Positions 10,086-19,606 of a DNA stretch of 64,000 bases are shown here, one piece after another. The notes beneath the pieces were generated by a model that was not told where the DNA came from, searched no databases, and was given only the letters and a program-made list of their open reading frames with translations. The DNA comes from an uncultured virus (IMG/VR IMGVR_UViG_3300002140_000103) (taxonomy: Duplodnaviria; Heunggongvirae; Uroviricota; Caudoviricetes): IMG/VR virus record IMGVR_UViG_3300002140_000103. One strand, given 5' to 3'. Positions within the stretch are counted from its first letter, which is position 1; every line of letters begins with the position of its first letter. The position numbers were made by a program, and so were the translations under genes.

Positions 10086-12572
10086 TTATGGTTTACGAAG
10101 GTTTGCTATCGACGCAGGTGTTACTTGCTTAAACTTTGGAAGTGTTAGATTTGGAAGATTTAATGTATTTGCAAAGTTTCTGTATTGCGTTTCTAATGCA
10201 GATGCACTGGCAAAGAAAGAATCTAGACTATCTAAGGCGCCTCCGATATTACTAAAATCTCCACTTTGTATTGCGCCTTTAAAGGTATCGCCTGCTTGTG
10301 CTAATCCTAATAAACTGTTAGCAACCGGAGCAGCATCTACCATAAACCCGTTGAGCTTAGAACTTACTCCAGTGGCTCCTACGAGTCCGGCTAAAGTTGA
10401 AACAGCGCCTAAAGTTGCAAAGAACGAGTCGACTACACTTTTTAATCTCGAAATACTACTAGCACTTATATTTTTAACTTTATTCATGTTTAGTACTTGT
10501 TTAAATGTTCCATTCTCAAAAATACTTTCTATTATGTTTACTTCATAGATTCCTGTAAACATATCAGCAGGATCTGGCGCTAATGTGTTTTGTTTATAAT
10601 CAACTGCTGAATTAAATTTAACTAAAACGTATACTTGCGATCTTGCAAAATCGGCATCAAGATTTTGAGTTATAAAAGGATTTAATGCAGGCGAAACATA
10701 ATTCCCCATGTCGCTATCACTTAAAAAATATGGATCGCCTAATATTGTAAGATTTAGTGTTGCAAGAGTTACTTTATCTTCTATTGCTTTTTTAAATAAT
10801 TGTGCTACTCGTGTTCTATTGTTATCAATACCTGCGCCGCCAAATATTCCAAATATGTTTCGTAGTTCTGCAACAACTTGAGATGCGTCATCTGTAAATG
10901 ATTGGAATGCGTTTGGCTCAAGCGCGGCCTTAGCTATTGCATCGGCAGATAGATTGCCGCTGGATCCTGTAGCAATTCTTCTTGTTAGTACTGTATTAGT
11001 TTTTGCTACTACAGTACTACCTACAGAGCTTAATGCTGAAGGATTTCTTTGTCCGTCATCTACTAAGGTAGACAGTCTTAATGCAACATTATTAAGATCA
11101 ATTTCAAAATCTAATATATCTCTATTTAAACCAGTGTACATATAGTTGTATGCTTTTACTGCATCATCAACTAATACACTTGCATCAATTTTATCATCAG
11201 GCAAAGATACAACAGATTGATGTATAAAATAAGGATATACTTCATATATATATCTTAATGCAGGTCTACCAATATTGTCTATTTCATCTAGTGATATTAT
11301 TTCTACTTTTGCATGTATTCTAAAATAACGAAACATTCCGGCTTTATCAACAGTTGAAGCTTGAAGACCTTGTCCAAACTTACTTATTAATGCAATCTGT
11401 TGTATTACATCTTCTATCATTGTGCCGGCGTGGAAGGTGTACGTTTTATCAGTACCGCTAAGTGTCATACTGCCACGAGTAAAAATTTGTTTTTCAGGAT
11501 CCCATGTTCCAATTTCTGTTTGAAACGGTTCTGTACCAAATTCTGTAAAGTCGTCAATAAGTTTTGCAGCACCAATTTCATTTTGTTCGCCGGCTGATCC
11601 AGACGAATCGTTAATATCAATTGCACCTGATATAGAACTTATTACGCTTCCTAATTGCTTGACATTTGAATTATTTGAAAAGTTTGATACAACAGATCCT
11701 AAATTTGATACTGAATTAGATAGAGTATTAACTGCTGCTAAAGCAGTATCTACTTTGTTTAATCCGTTTTGTACAGTATTTAAAATATTACCAACTGTGC
11801 CTCCGGAGAATCCTCCAGCATTTGGACTACCAACTTCTGTTGCAATATCAAGTGGAAATCTTATTCTATATTGATCAGCAACGATTCTTTTATTTTCGTT
11901 TACTAAAGATTCTTCTCTAGAATTTAAAAGTCTTTCTAAGCTCGATTCTCCAAGACTTAATAATTCTGCTACTGTACTTCCTTTTAAACTAATATTTTCT
12001 TTTACTGATTGTGCTACACTACCAAATGCTGTATGATTAAACGGATTAGAAGATATCTCGTAAGTACTTCCGCCTGTATCTGCAGTAAAAGATACAGTAT
12101 TAATTTTTATTACAAAACTTTTTTTAATTACACTTAAAGGAGTGCCGTCGTCTTTAAATCCTTTAAACTTTAATGTTAACAAATAAGGAGCAGTGACGTA
12201 GTTTTTAAATCCAGCACGAAGTGCAGCTTGTGATAAAGATTGTATAAACAATCCTAAACTATAAGGTTCTGTAATTGTAAAGTCTATTGTTGTATTAGTA
12301 GATAGAGGACTTTGTTTATTTGGAGTAGGATTAGAAGATATACGAACATTATCAATATGAAATTCAACATTTGAACCAACTTTATTTTCAGCAGCAGTTA
12401 TAATTGTTTTTCTATTACCTACTCCTCCCGAACTTGCAATTATAATTTTTCCATCACTGTTATTGTTTCTATAAGATCTCGGATCGTTGAGTTCTCCGGG
12501 ATACATTGCACTCAATGACCATACGTAATTGTGTGTTGCATATTTGTGTAGTGGATTTGCTAGTAACGGCAT
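10086..12572 (-). CDS. Baseplate hub protein (gp27-like by position and motifs)
   Basis: 828 aa between gp53 and gp5; LNLTILGDPYFL and FTGIYEVNIIESIFENGTFKQVL resemble the C-terminal barrel of hub proteins. Confidence 0.5.
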   Translation of the reverse strand: MPLLANPLHKYATHNYVWSLSAMYPGELNDPRSYRNNNSDGKIIIASSGGVGNRKTIITAAENKVGSNVEFHIDNVRISSNPTPNKQSPLSTNTTIDFTITEPYSLGLFIQSLSQAALRAGFKNYVTAPYLLTLKFKGFKDDGTPLSVIKKSFVIKINTVSFTADTGGSTYEISSNPFNHTAFGSVAQSVKENISLKGSTVAELLSLGESSLERLLNSREESLVNENKRIVADQYRIRFPLDIATEVGSPNAGGFSGGTVGNILNTVQNGLNKVDTALAAVNTLSNSVSNLGSVVSNFSNNSNVKQLGSVISSISGAIDINDSSGSAGEQNEIGAAKLIDDFTEFGTEPFQTEIGTWDPEKQIFTRGSMTLSGTDKTYTFHAGTMIEDVIQQIALISKFGQGLQASTVDKAGMFRYFRIHAKVEIISLDEIDNIGRPALRYIYEVYPYFIHQSVVSLPDDKIDASVLVDDAVKAYNYMYTGLNRDILDFEIDLNNVALRLSTLVDDGQRNPSALSSVGSTVVAKTNTVLTRRIATGSSGNLSADAIAKAALEPNAFQSFTDDASQVVAELRNIFGIFGGAGIDNNRTRVAQLFKKAIEDKVTLATLNLTILGDPYFLSDSDMGNYVSPALNPFITQNLDADFARSQVYVLVKFNSAVDYKQNTLAPDPADMFTGIYEVNIIESIFENGTFKQVLNMNKVKNISASSISRLKSVVDSFFATLGAVSTLAGLVGATGVSSKLNGFMVDAAPVANSLLGLAQAGDTFKGAIQSGDFSNIGGALDSLDSFFASASALETQYRNFANTLNLPNLTLPKFKQVTPASIANLRKP

Positions 12573-12573
12573 A

Positions 12574-12873
12574 TTATACTCCTAACAAGGAAGTCAGAGT
12601 CGATCGTTTTGGCAAATAGATACTGGTTCCTGGTAAAAAATCAAATACAGGATCTTTTAATACTTCCATATTCCTTTGTGTAAATACCCACCAAAGTTTT
12701 GGAGTTCCGTATAAGTCAAATGCTAATAGATCTGGTCTATATATATATTGAGAAGTAATTTCGTATAATATATCTTCTGCATTAATAGGAATTGGTCGCT
12801 TTTGTAAAAATCCTAGATAGTTTCCTCTAGTAACCAATGTATCATGATATGGACTTGTTGATGCATATACCAT
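12574..12873 (-). CDS. gp53: Baseplate wedge protein gp53-like (LysM-like)
   Basis: YRPDLLAFDLYGTPKLWWVF..RN...DPVFDF.PG..IYLP motif. Confidence 0.82.
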   Translation of the reverse strand: MVYASTSPYHDTLVTRGNYLGFLQKRPIPINAEDILYEITSQYIYRPDLLAFDLYGTPKLWWVFTQRNMEVLKDPVFDFLPGTSIYLPKRSTLTSLLGV

Positions 12874-13742
12874 TATATTATTCCTTTTCCGCCGCCAATA
12901 TACCCACCTCGGACATATGTATCTAGACTGAATCTTCTTACTGTATCTCTACTGTATGCAGGAGATACTGTAACGTTTAATCTACTCAAAGTTGGAACAT
13001 AGCTGTATCCACCCGGAACGTTTACTCTAGTTAATTCCGGAACTGAACTTAAATCTAGTCCAGTTGAAATTGGTACTTGCAAATAATCTACAGAATCTGG
13101 TAGATCTAATGTGAACAGTTTTATTACTACTGGTGTTTTATTAAAAACAAAATCACCGTACCCACTTAAATGAACCAGTGGTGGTGGAGCACCTAAGTTA
13201 CTGCTATTTCCGTAAAACATTTTAGTTGCACTTCTTAAAAAATGAACTGCAGCAATCCAATAACGTCCGTCTGCTTCATTTTCAACTGGAAATTCTGCTG
13301 TGATAGTGATATCTTCAACTGAACTATTTTGATAAATAGGATATGAATAATTAGTATGTGTAGGTGATAAATTATTATAGTTTGCAGCATGTGTAACCAG
13401 TATCTGCGGAGTAGTAGGAAAAACCATGCTGTTGTTAGAATCATATAAAGGTTGTAATATAGGTGAACTCATAAAACTAGAAAGAGAAGTTGGTAAGTGT
13501 AATCTTACTCTCCAATCATTTCCAGTTGATTTAGAGCCTGAACTCCACGAAACTGGAGTATACGATTCGTATGTTTCTTCTGCACCGGCAGGTAATCCGC
13601 CTAAACGTGCAAGACTAGATATTCCTAAAGCACTTCCTAACCCGCCAAGAGCAGAAGTTACGCCGCCAACTGCACCTAGTACTCCGCTTACTTTTCTAGA
13701 AGTACTTGACACTGTTTTTAGAAAATTAATTAGTCCGGCCAT
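12873..13742 (-). CDS. Baseplate-tail tube initiator/cap-like protein (gp48/gp54-like)
   Basis: First gene of the baseplate operon; tube-fold-like motifs VFPTTPQI and GAPPPLVHLSGYGDFVF..PVVI. Confidence 0.45.
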   Translation of the reverse strand: MAGLINFLKTVSSTSRKVSGVLGAVGGVTSALGGLGSALGISSLARLGGLPAGAEETYESYTPVSWSSGSKSTGNDWRVRLHLPTSLSSFMSSPILQPLYDSNNSMVFPTTPQILVTHAANYNNLSPTHTNYSYPIYQNSSVEDITITAEFPVENEADGRYWIAAVHFLRSATKMFYGNSSNLGAPPPLVHLSGYGDFVFNKTPVVIKLFTLDLPDSVDYLQVPISTGLDLSSVPELTRVNVPGGYSYVPTLSRLNVTVSPAYSRDTVRRFSLDTYVRGGYIGGGKGII

Positions 13743-13786
13743 TGTAAGTTTCCTGCTTAATAAAAATATAAAGATTATTCATATTG

Positions 13787-13793
13787 TATTTAG
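13787..13793 (-). promoter_or_regulatory. T4-type late promoter (CTAAATA) for the baseplate operon
   Basis: Variant of TATAAATA, about 45 nt upstream of ATG 13742; the same core recurs before most structural operons. Confidence 0.6.
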
Positions 13794-13822
13794 TTGACAA
13801 AATTAAGTATGTATATTATTAT
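13794..13822 (+). promoter_or_regulatory. Sigma70-type promoter for gp55
   Basis: TTGACA (13794-13799), 17-nt spacer, TATTAT (13817-13822); SD AAGGAG before ATG 13842. Confidence 0.75.
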
Positions 13823-13841
13823 AGTAGTATAAGGAGTCATA

Positions 13842-14672
13842 ATGGCCAAAAGAGTAAATTATCTTAACAATAAAGACATGTTATTAGAAATATATAAAAG
13901 CAAGAATTCTTTTTCTAGCTTTGTAGAACCATTGTATCAACAATACGACACAATTTTACCAAGTTTAGACAAGATCAACATTAGAACTGTTGCCGACGCT
14001 AAGAAGAATCGTGCTAAAAAACTAACTGCTGATACATACGAAACAAAAAAAGCTGCTGGTGAGAAGGTTAAACTATCAGAAGTTGAAGTTGATTATCGAA
14101 AAATAGAAAAAACTAATTTAATTTTTCGTATAATGACATATGAACACATTCCTGACGAACCTGGAAGAAAAAAGAATCCAAAAACAGATGCAGACCATAA
14201 AGTAAAACTAAACTTTCCTCCTTATCAACATTGGAAATTTGACGAAGATGGAAATCTAATGTGTGTAGGTAAAAGTCACTGGACTGGCGGAATGGAGAAC
14301 GGTTACTTTAGTAAGGAAGACGGCAAAGTTACCAATAAACTTGCACTTATGTGGATGAAATTGTGTGAACGTTATGCTACTCGTGGTAATGTTCGTGGTT
14401 ATACTTATAACGACGAAATGAAAGGGCAAGCAATTCTTCAACTTTCACAAATTGGACTACAATTTGACGAATCTAAATCAAACAACCCGTTTGCATATTA
14501 CACAGCCGCAGTAACCAATAGCTTTGTTCGTGTAATCAACTTAGAAAAACGTAATCAAAACATTCGAGACGATATTTTAGAAATGAATAACTTAAATCCA
14601 AGTTATACAAGACAAAGTGCAGGCGAGTTTGAAGCTGGGTTAAAAAGATTTAATGACAGTTATGAAAAGTAA
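13842..14672 (+). CDS. gp55: Late-transcription sigma factor, gp55-like
   Basis: NYLNNKDML, GYTYNDEM, FDESKSNNPFAYYT...SFVRVINLEKR; immediately upstream of gp47/gp46. Confidence 0.88.
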   Translation: MAKRVNYLNNKDMLLEIYKSKNSFSSFVEPLYQQYDTILPSLDKINIRTVADAKKNRAKKLTADTYETKKAAGEKVKLSEVEVDYRKIEKTNLIFRIMTYEHIPDEPGRKKNPKTDADHKVKLNFPPYQHWKFDEDGNLMCVGKSHWTGGMENGYFSKEDGKVTNKLALMWMKLCERYATRGNVRGYTYNDEMKGQAILQLSQIGLQFDESKSNNPFAYYTAAVTNSFVRVINLEKRNQNIRDDILEMNNLNPSYTRQSAGEFEAGLKRFNDSYEK

Positions 14673-14675
14673 TCG

Positions 14676-14704
14676 TTGACAACTTGCATAATATTTGTTA
14701 TATT
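14676..14704 (+). promoter_or_regulatory. Sigma70-type promoter for gp47-gp46
   Basis: TTGACA (14676-14681), 17-nt spacer, TATATT (14699-14704) with extended -10 TG at 14696-14697. Confidence 0.65.
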
Positions 14705-14729
14705 ATAAACTAACCCGGAGTAATCTAAT

Positions 14730-15743
14730 TTGTTTAAAAAAGCAGCAGTATTTACTGACATCCATTACGGTATGAAAGGTAATAGTCGTGTTCACAATCA
14801 AGATTGTGAAGAATTTGTTGATTGGTTTATTAAAAACGCAAAAGATAACGGTTGTGAAACTGGTATCTTTTGTGGAGACTGGAATCATAACCGTAATGCA
14901 TTGAATTTGACTACTATGGATTCAGGGTTACGTGCATTAGAAAAACTAGGTGCTGCATTTGAACAGTTTTATATGTTTGCAGGCAATCACGATTTGTATT
15001 ATAAAGACAAACGTGATGTAAAAAGTACTGAATTTGCAAAACATATTCCTGGTATTACAGTAATCAACGAAACATTTGTTAAAGACGATGTTGCACTAGT
15101 ACCTTGGTTAGTCGGCGATGAGTGGAAAAGCATTCCTAAGATAAAAGCAAAGTATCTTTTTGGACATTTTGAACTTCCTAGCTTCTATATGAACGCTATG
15201 GTTCAAATGCCCGATCACGGAGAACTTAAAAGTGAACATTTTGTTAATCAAGAGTACGTGTTTAGTGGTCACTTCCATAAAAGACAGGTTTTAGGTAAGA
15301 TTCATTACATAGGAAATGCTTTTCCACATAACTATGCTGATGCATGGGACGATGCACGTGGTATGATGATACTTGATAAAGAAAATAACAAAGATCCAGA
15401 GTACATTAACTGGATTGATTGTCCTAAGTATCGTACAACAACACTATCAAAGCTAATTGATGACAAAGATACACTTGTTAAAGACAAAATGTATCTAAGA
15501 GTTATAATCGATCTACCTATTAGCTATGAAGAAGCTACTTTTGTTAAAGAATCGTTTATTCAAGAGTATAATTGCAGAGAGATTACACTGATTCCTCAGA
15601 AGAACATCGAAGAATATAATTCTGCTGTAGACATTGGACAGTTTGAGAGTGTAGATCAAATTGTTAGTAATGAAATTATGTCTATCGACAGTGAAAATTA
15701 TAACAAATCACTTTTATTAAACATTTATAGCGGATTACAATGA
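14730..15743 (+). CDS. gp47: Recombination nuclease, Mre11/SbcD-like (TTG start)
   Basis: Metallophosphoesterase motifs TDIHYG, CGDW, GNHD, GHFE, SGHFH. Confidence 0.93.
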   Translation: MFKKAAVFTDIHYGMKGNSRVHNQDCEEFVDWFIKNAKDNGCETGIFCGDWNHNRNALNLTTMDSGLRALEKLGAAFEQFYMFAGNHDLYYKDKRDVKSTEFAKHIPGITVINETFVKDDVALVPWLVGDEWKSIPKIKAKYLFGHFELPSFYMNAMVQMPDHGELKSEHFVNQEYVFSGHFHKRQVLGKIHYIGNAFPHNYADAWDDARGMMILDKENNKDPEYINWIDCPKYRTTTLSKLIDDKDTLVKDKMYLRVIIDLPISYEEATFVKESFIQEYNCREITLIPQKNIEEYNSAVDIGQFESVDQIVSNEIMSIDSENYNKSLLLNIYSGLQ

Positions 15744-17518
15744 TCAAAATTCAAGACTTAACAGTTAAAAACTTTATGAGTGTGGGCAATGTTACTCAGG
15801 CCGTTAACTTTAATCGAGAACAGCTTACTTTGGTGCTTGGAGAAAACTTAGACCAAGGCGGAGACGATAGCGGATCACGCAACGGTACTGGTAAAACTAC
15901 AATCATCAACGGTTTAAGCTATGCATTGTACGGTCAAGCATTAACTAACATTAAAAGAAACAATTTGATTAACAAAACTAACAGCAAAGGCATGTTGGTT
16001 ACGTTAAACTTTGAAAAAGACGGCAACAGTTATCGAATTGAACGTGGAAGATCACCAAACGTACTTAAATTTTATGTAAATGACACAGAACAAGTTGACG
16101 ATTTAGACGATCACAGCCAAGGCGACAGTAGAGAAACACAAAAAGCAATCAATACACTGTTAAACATGAGTCACGATATGTTTAAACATATTGTAGCACT
16201 TAATACTTACACAGAACCGTTTCTTAGTATGCGTACCAATGAACAACGAGCAATTATTGAACAGCTTCTTGGAATTACCATGCTTAGTGAGAAAGCAGAA
16301 CTGCTTAAAGAGCAAGTTCGTATTACAAAAGATACTATCACAGAAGAAACTCTAAAGATTAATGCTATTCAAGCAAGTAACGAGAAGATTAAACAAAGTA
16401 TTGACACACTTATTGGTAGACAACGTGCTTGGGAAAGTAAGCGTAGACAAGATTGTAACAACCTTGCAGCTGGTATTGAAGAATTAGAACGAGTAGACAT
16501 TGACAAAGAGCTTGATGCACATGAAAAATTATCAAATTGGACTGAACATAATAATGCTATTAATGCTCTTAGAAAAGAATTAAGTACATTGGAGCCAGCA
16601 CTGCAACGTGCAGACAAAAGTGTTGAAAAACTTGTTAAAGATATTGCAGAACTTAATGATGCAATGTGTTATACATGTGGTCAAGCACTGCACGAAGATA
16701 AAAAAGCAGAAATTGCCGACTGTAAGTCTAAAGAACTTGCTGATGCAAAGACATATGCTCAAGAAGTTAATGCAAAATGTTCAGAAGTTATACTAGCACT
16801 AGCTGAAATTGGCGATATTAACGGCAAGCCTAATACATTTTACGAAAATGCTAAAGAAGCATACGAACATCGTAACAATGTAGATAATCTTCGTGTAGCA
16901 TTAGATAATAAACAAAAGGAAGATGACCCTTATCAATTACAAGTTGATGATTTAAACAACACAGCTATACAAAAGGTAAACTGGGAAATAATAAATCAGC
17001 TAACGTCACTGAAAGAGCATCAAGATTTCTTGTTGAAACTGTTAACAAACAAAGATTCATTTATTAGAAAAAAGATTATTGATCAAAACTTAGCATATCT
17101 AAACAACAGACTTACATATTATCTTGATAAGTTAGGCTTACCTCATCTAGTTGTGTTCCAAAATGACTTAAACGTTGAAATTACTCAGCTTGGTCAAGAT
17201 TTAGACTTTGATAACTTGTCACGTGGTGAAAGAAATAGACTCATCCTTGGGTTGAGTTTTGCTTTCCGTGATGTTTGGGAAAATTTATATCAAAATATCA
17301 ACTTGTTGTTTATTGACGAATTGATTGATAGTGGTATGGATGCGTCTGGTGTTGAGAATTCGTTGAGTGTTCTTAAAAAGATGGGTCGCGAACGTAATAA
17401 AAATATTTTTCTTATTAGTCACAAAGACGAACTGATTGGTAGAGTTAACAATGTTCTTAAAGTTATTAAAGAAAACGGTTTTACTAGCTACGAAAACGAT
17501 GTTGACATTGTAGAATAA
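15740..17518 (+). CDS. gp46: Recombination ATPase, Rad50/SbcC-like
   Basis: KNFMSVG, Walker A NGTGKTT, zinc hook CYTCG within coiled coil, signature LSRGE, Walker B LLFIDE, ISH. Confidence 0.94.
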   Translation: MIKIQDLTVKNFMSVGNVTQAVNFNREQLTLVLGENLDQGGDDSGSRNGTGKTTIINGLSYALYGQALTNIKRNNLINKTNSKGMLVTLNFEKDGNSYRIERGRSPNVLKFYVNDTEQVDDLDDHSQGDSRETQKAINTLLNMSHDMFKHIVALNTYTEPFLSMRTNEQRAIIEQLLGITMLSEKAELLKEQVRITKDTITEETLKINAIQASNEKIKQSIDTLIGRQRAWESKRRQDCNNLAAGIEELERVDIDKELDAHEKLSNWTEHNNAINALRKELSTLEPALQRADKSVEKLVKDIAELNDAMCYTCGQALHEDKKAEIADCKSKELADAKTYAQEVNAKCSEVILALAEIGDINGKPNTFYENAKEAYEHRNNVDNLRVALDNKQKEDDPYQLQVDDLNNTAIQKVNWEIINQLTSLKEHQDFLLKLLTNKDSFIRKKIIDQNLAYLNNRLTYYLDKLGLPHLVVFQNDLNVEITQLGQDLDFDNLSRGERNRLILGLSFAFRDVWENLYQNINLLFIDELIDSGMDASGVENSLSVLKKMGRERNKNIFLISHKDELIGRVNNVLKVIKENGFTSYENDVDIVE

Positions 17519-17533
17519 AGAGCATATAGTTAA

Positions 17534-17782
17534 ATGATAAACAACGATATACATGATCAACTTGTAAAAGAATATTTACAATATTTTAAGGCAAACGAGG
17601 CATTTATAGCAAGTCCTTCGGAGTTAAAACGTAGGACTGCTCGAAAACACTTGAGTAACATTAGGCAACTAGCAAAAATTAGGCGTAAAGAAATTATTGA
17701 TCACCATGTTGATAAGTCAAGATGGAATAAGGCAGGACTAGATCCAAAAGTGGCACGTGAGGCTAAAACTAAAAATAACTAA
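17534..17782 (+). CDS. Small basic helical protein, possibly Hc1/histone H1-like DNA-binding
   Basis: 82 aa; KRRTARKHLSNIRQLAKIRRKEI basic amphipathic helix. The family call is tentative. Confidence 0.4.
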   Translation: MINNDIHDQLVKEYLQYFKANEAFIASPSELKRRTARKHLSNIRQLAKIRRKEIIDHHVDKSRWNKAGLDPKVAREAKTKNN

Positions 17783-17785
17783 TGT

Positions 17786-18217
17786 ATGAATTGGACATAC
17801 AAAGGTAAAGAAGTTACAGAAATCTCTGAGGAGTTTGAAGGCTTTGTATATCTAATAACCAATTTAACAAATAACCGCAAGTACGTAGGCAAAAAGTTAG
17901 CAAGATTTAAAACTACCAAACCACCACTCAAAGGCAAAAAAAATAAACGTAGAGGCTACAAAGAAAGCGATTGGCGAGACTATTGGGGATCGTCGGATAA
18001 ACTTAATGAAGATGTAGCAACACTAGGCACTGTTAAATTTACAAGAGAAATAATTTATTTTTGTAGAAGTAGAGCTGAACTAAGTTACCTTGAGGCAAGA
18101 GAACAATTCGAACGTAGAGTCCTAGAGACAGATGAGTACTACAATGGTATCATTAACGTTCGTGTAGGCGGTAGTAAAATATTAATTGAAAATTTAAAGG
18201 CACAACAGGCTATATAA
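17786..18217 (+). CDS. Minimal GIY-YIG (Seg-like) nuclease, catalytic domain only
   Basis: GFVYLITNLTNNRKYVGKK, YWGSS, F.REI, LEAREQ, YYN; 143 aa with no C-terminal DNA-binding repeats. Confidence 0.8.
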   Translation: MNWTYKGKEVTEISEEFEGFVYLITNLTNNRKYVGKKLARFKTTKPPLKGKKNKRRGYKESDWRDYWGSSDKLNEDVATLGTVKFTREIIYFCRSRAELSYLEAREQFERRVLETDEYYNGIINVRVGGSKILIENLKAQQAI

Positions 18218-18694
18218 GGGACACTGAAGAAACTCCAAGAGTCAGCCGAGGTAATGCTCGTAGCCGGTGGTGTGGAGAGTCCCCGTGCAGAAGCATACGT
18301 AGGCTTTAAAAGATTTGGGCTCTGAGAAAAAGCAACCCGCAGGCAAGTGATTTCGCTTAATAAGGATTAACTGCCTTCCGTTGATATGTCGAATCGAGAA
18401 TAGGGGGATACCGGTCAACCGCCTCCACTTAATGTTAAGTCAAGATTACATTAATCAGTTTAATGTAACGTTGAGATAACATTAAAATTTCTTTTATTAA
18501 GATGATTGAAGCAACTCGAATGATGTTATTCAGTTATGTTCGCCCTTGCGCGGGCGAATTATGACTTCACAATCTGAATGATATTAAAAGCATATGCCGT
18601 TAGCATATGCCTTAGTAGTATTGTAATCACAAATACTTAATACGAAGTAAATGTATTGAGCGATAGCGATAATACAGTTGAACGTAGTTCGACT
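18218..18694 (+). ncRNA. Putative large structured non-coding RNA/DNA element, family not recognised
   Basis: Largest intergenic gap in the window (521 nt); many nested stems, several with G-U pairs on the + strand, and a loop-to-distal 8-bp complement (see findings). Confidence 0.65.
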
Positions 18695-18738
18695 TAAAAG
18701 AACATAAATAATAAAAACAAGTTTAAGGATAGTTCAGA

Positions 18739-19365
18739 ATGAAAATACATGATCTTAATGAGAATATCGAAATTGATGAATTTCTAGGTTTACCTGCATT
18801 GACTAAAAAAGGTAGAATGATTCAACAAGGAAATAAAGCAGTCAAGGGTGTACTAAAAGATGAACTACGTCAGATGGAAGTTGAATTGGCCATCTGGATG
18901 AAACAAAGCGGAATAGCGCAACTAACTGCTGATGACTTACAATCATATCTTGATCAAAAAGGATTAGGCGAAATAGGTCAGCCGGTTATAGCTGCATTAC
19001 CTGCTAAAGCAGATGCTAAAGCAGCTAAAATTAAATCAGCAGCAGATGCTAAAGCAGCTAAAATTAAATCAGCAATTGCAGCAAAACAAGCAGCAATGGC
19101 ACGAGGTGGAATCAAAACTCCAACTGTTAACAACCCTGCACCTACTATGGCAACTGTAATGTCAAGTATGTATTCTGAGAACATTGAAGAAGCTCAAGGG
19201 ACTAGTGCGTTATCTAAAAGAGAAGTACGTAATATATTGAGTACTGTTTTACAAACAGCATATAAAAAATCAGCTGGATTTAGTAAAAGTTCATTTGCAA
19301 ATCAACTTGTTGCAAAAACAAAACCACCTGCTTTTAAATCTTCAAGACCTAAAGCTAAAGCATAA
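18739..19365 (+). CDS. Hypothetical Lys/Ala-rich late protein (possible internal head protein)
   Basis: 208 aa; late promoter CATAAATA at 18703-18710; SD AAGGA; N-terminus MKIHDLNE. Confidence 0.6.
   Translation: MKIHDLNENIEIDEFLGLPALTKKGRMIQQGNKAVKGVLKDELRQMEVELAIWMKQSGIAQLTADDLQSYLDQKGLGEIGQPVIAALPAKADAKAAKIKSAADAKAAKIKSAIAAKQAAMARGGIKTPTVNNPAPTMATVMSSMYSENIEEAQGTSALSKREVRNILSTVLQTAYKKSAGFSKSSFANQLVAKTKPPAFKSSRPKAKA
19008..19073 (+). repeat. Perfect 33-bp tandem duplication (ADAKAAKIKSA x2)
   Basis: agcagatgctaaagcagctaaaattaaatcagc at 19008-19040 and 19041-19073. Confidence 0.9.
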
Positions 19366-19366
19366 T

Positions 19367-19597
19367 TTAAAAAAACGGTTGATTTGTTTTCTTAGCAGTG
19401 TCTAAGTTCTCTTTAATAAGAGTAGCAATAATTTCTCTTTCCTCGGGACTAGTATTATATGCCTCGTCAAGAGACATACCGCCTCGCATAAACCAGCACA
19501 TCTTAGTTAAGTCGTATTTGAGTTGTTTACTGTTGTCTTCAAGGATCTTAACTTCAGCAAGAATCTGCTCAATTGGCCAAGTTAAGATCCTTAGGCG
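19367..19597 (-). CDS. gp51-like baseplate/tail assembly ORF, probably the -1 frameshift extension of the gp26-like gene (absent from the ORF track)
   Basis: Open 76 codons RLRILTWPIEQILAEVKILEDNSKQLKYDLTKMCWFMRGGMSLDEAYNTSPEEREIIATLIKENLDTAKKTNQPFF*; first ATG only at 19501. Confidence 0.7.
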   Translation of the reverse strand, partial: RLRILTWPIEQILAEVKILEDNSKQLKYDLTKMCWFMRGGMSLDEAYNTSPEEREIIATLIKENLDTAKKTNQPFF

Positions 19598-19606
19598 AAA
19601 AAATTT
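19541..19606 (-). promoter_or_regulatory. Candidate -1 programmed ribosomal frameshift signal
   Basis: A AAT TTT TTC at 19606-19597 in the gp26 frame, followed by a perfect 14-bp inverted repeat (19592-19579 / 19554-19541). Confidence 0.75.

Noticed and set aside
17786..18217. Mobile homing endonuclease or intron-encoded element
   Set aside because: No DNA-binding tail, no split host gene and no element ends; more likely a resident gene.
18218..18694. Identification of the non-coding element as RNase P, tmRNA, tRNA, group I intron or retron msr-msd
   Set aside because: ggagagtcc only loosely recalls the RNase P GAGGAAAGUCC motif and the 3' motif is missing; no tRNA-like ends; flanking genes are not interrupted; no reverse transcriptase in the window.
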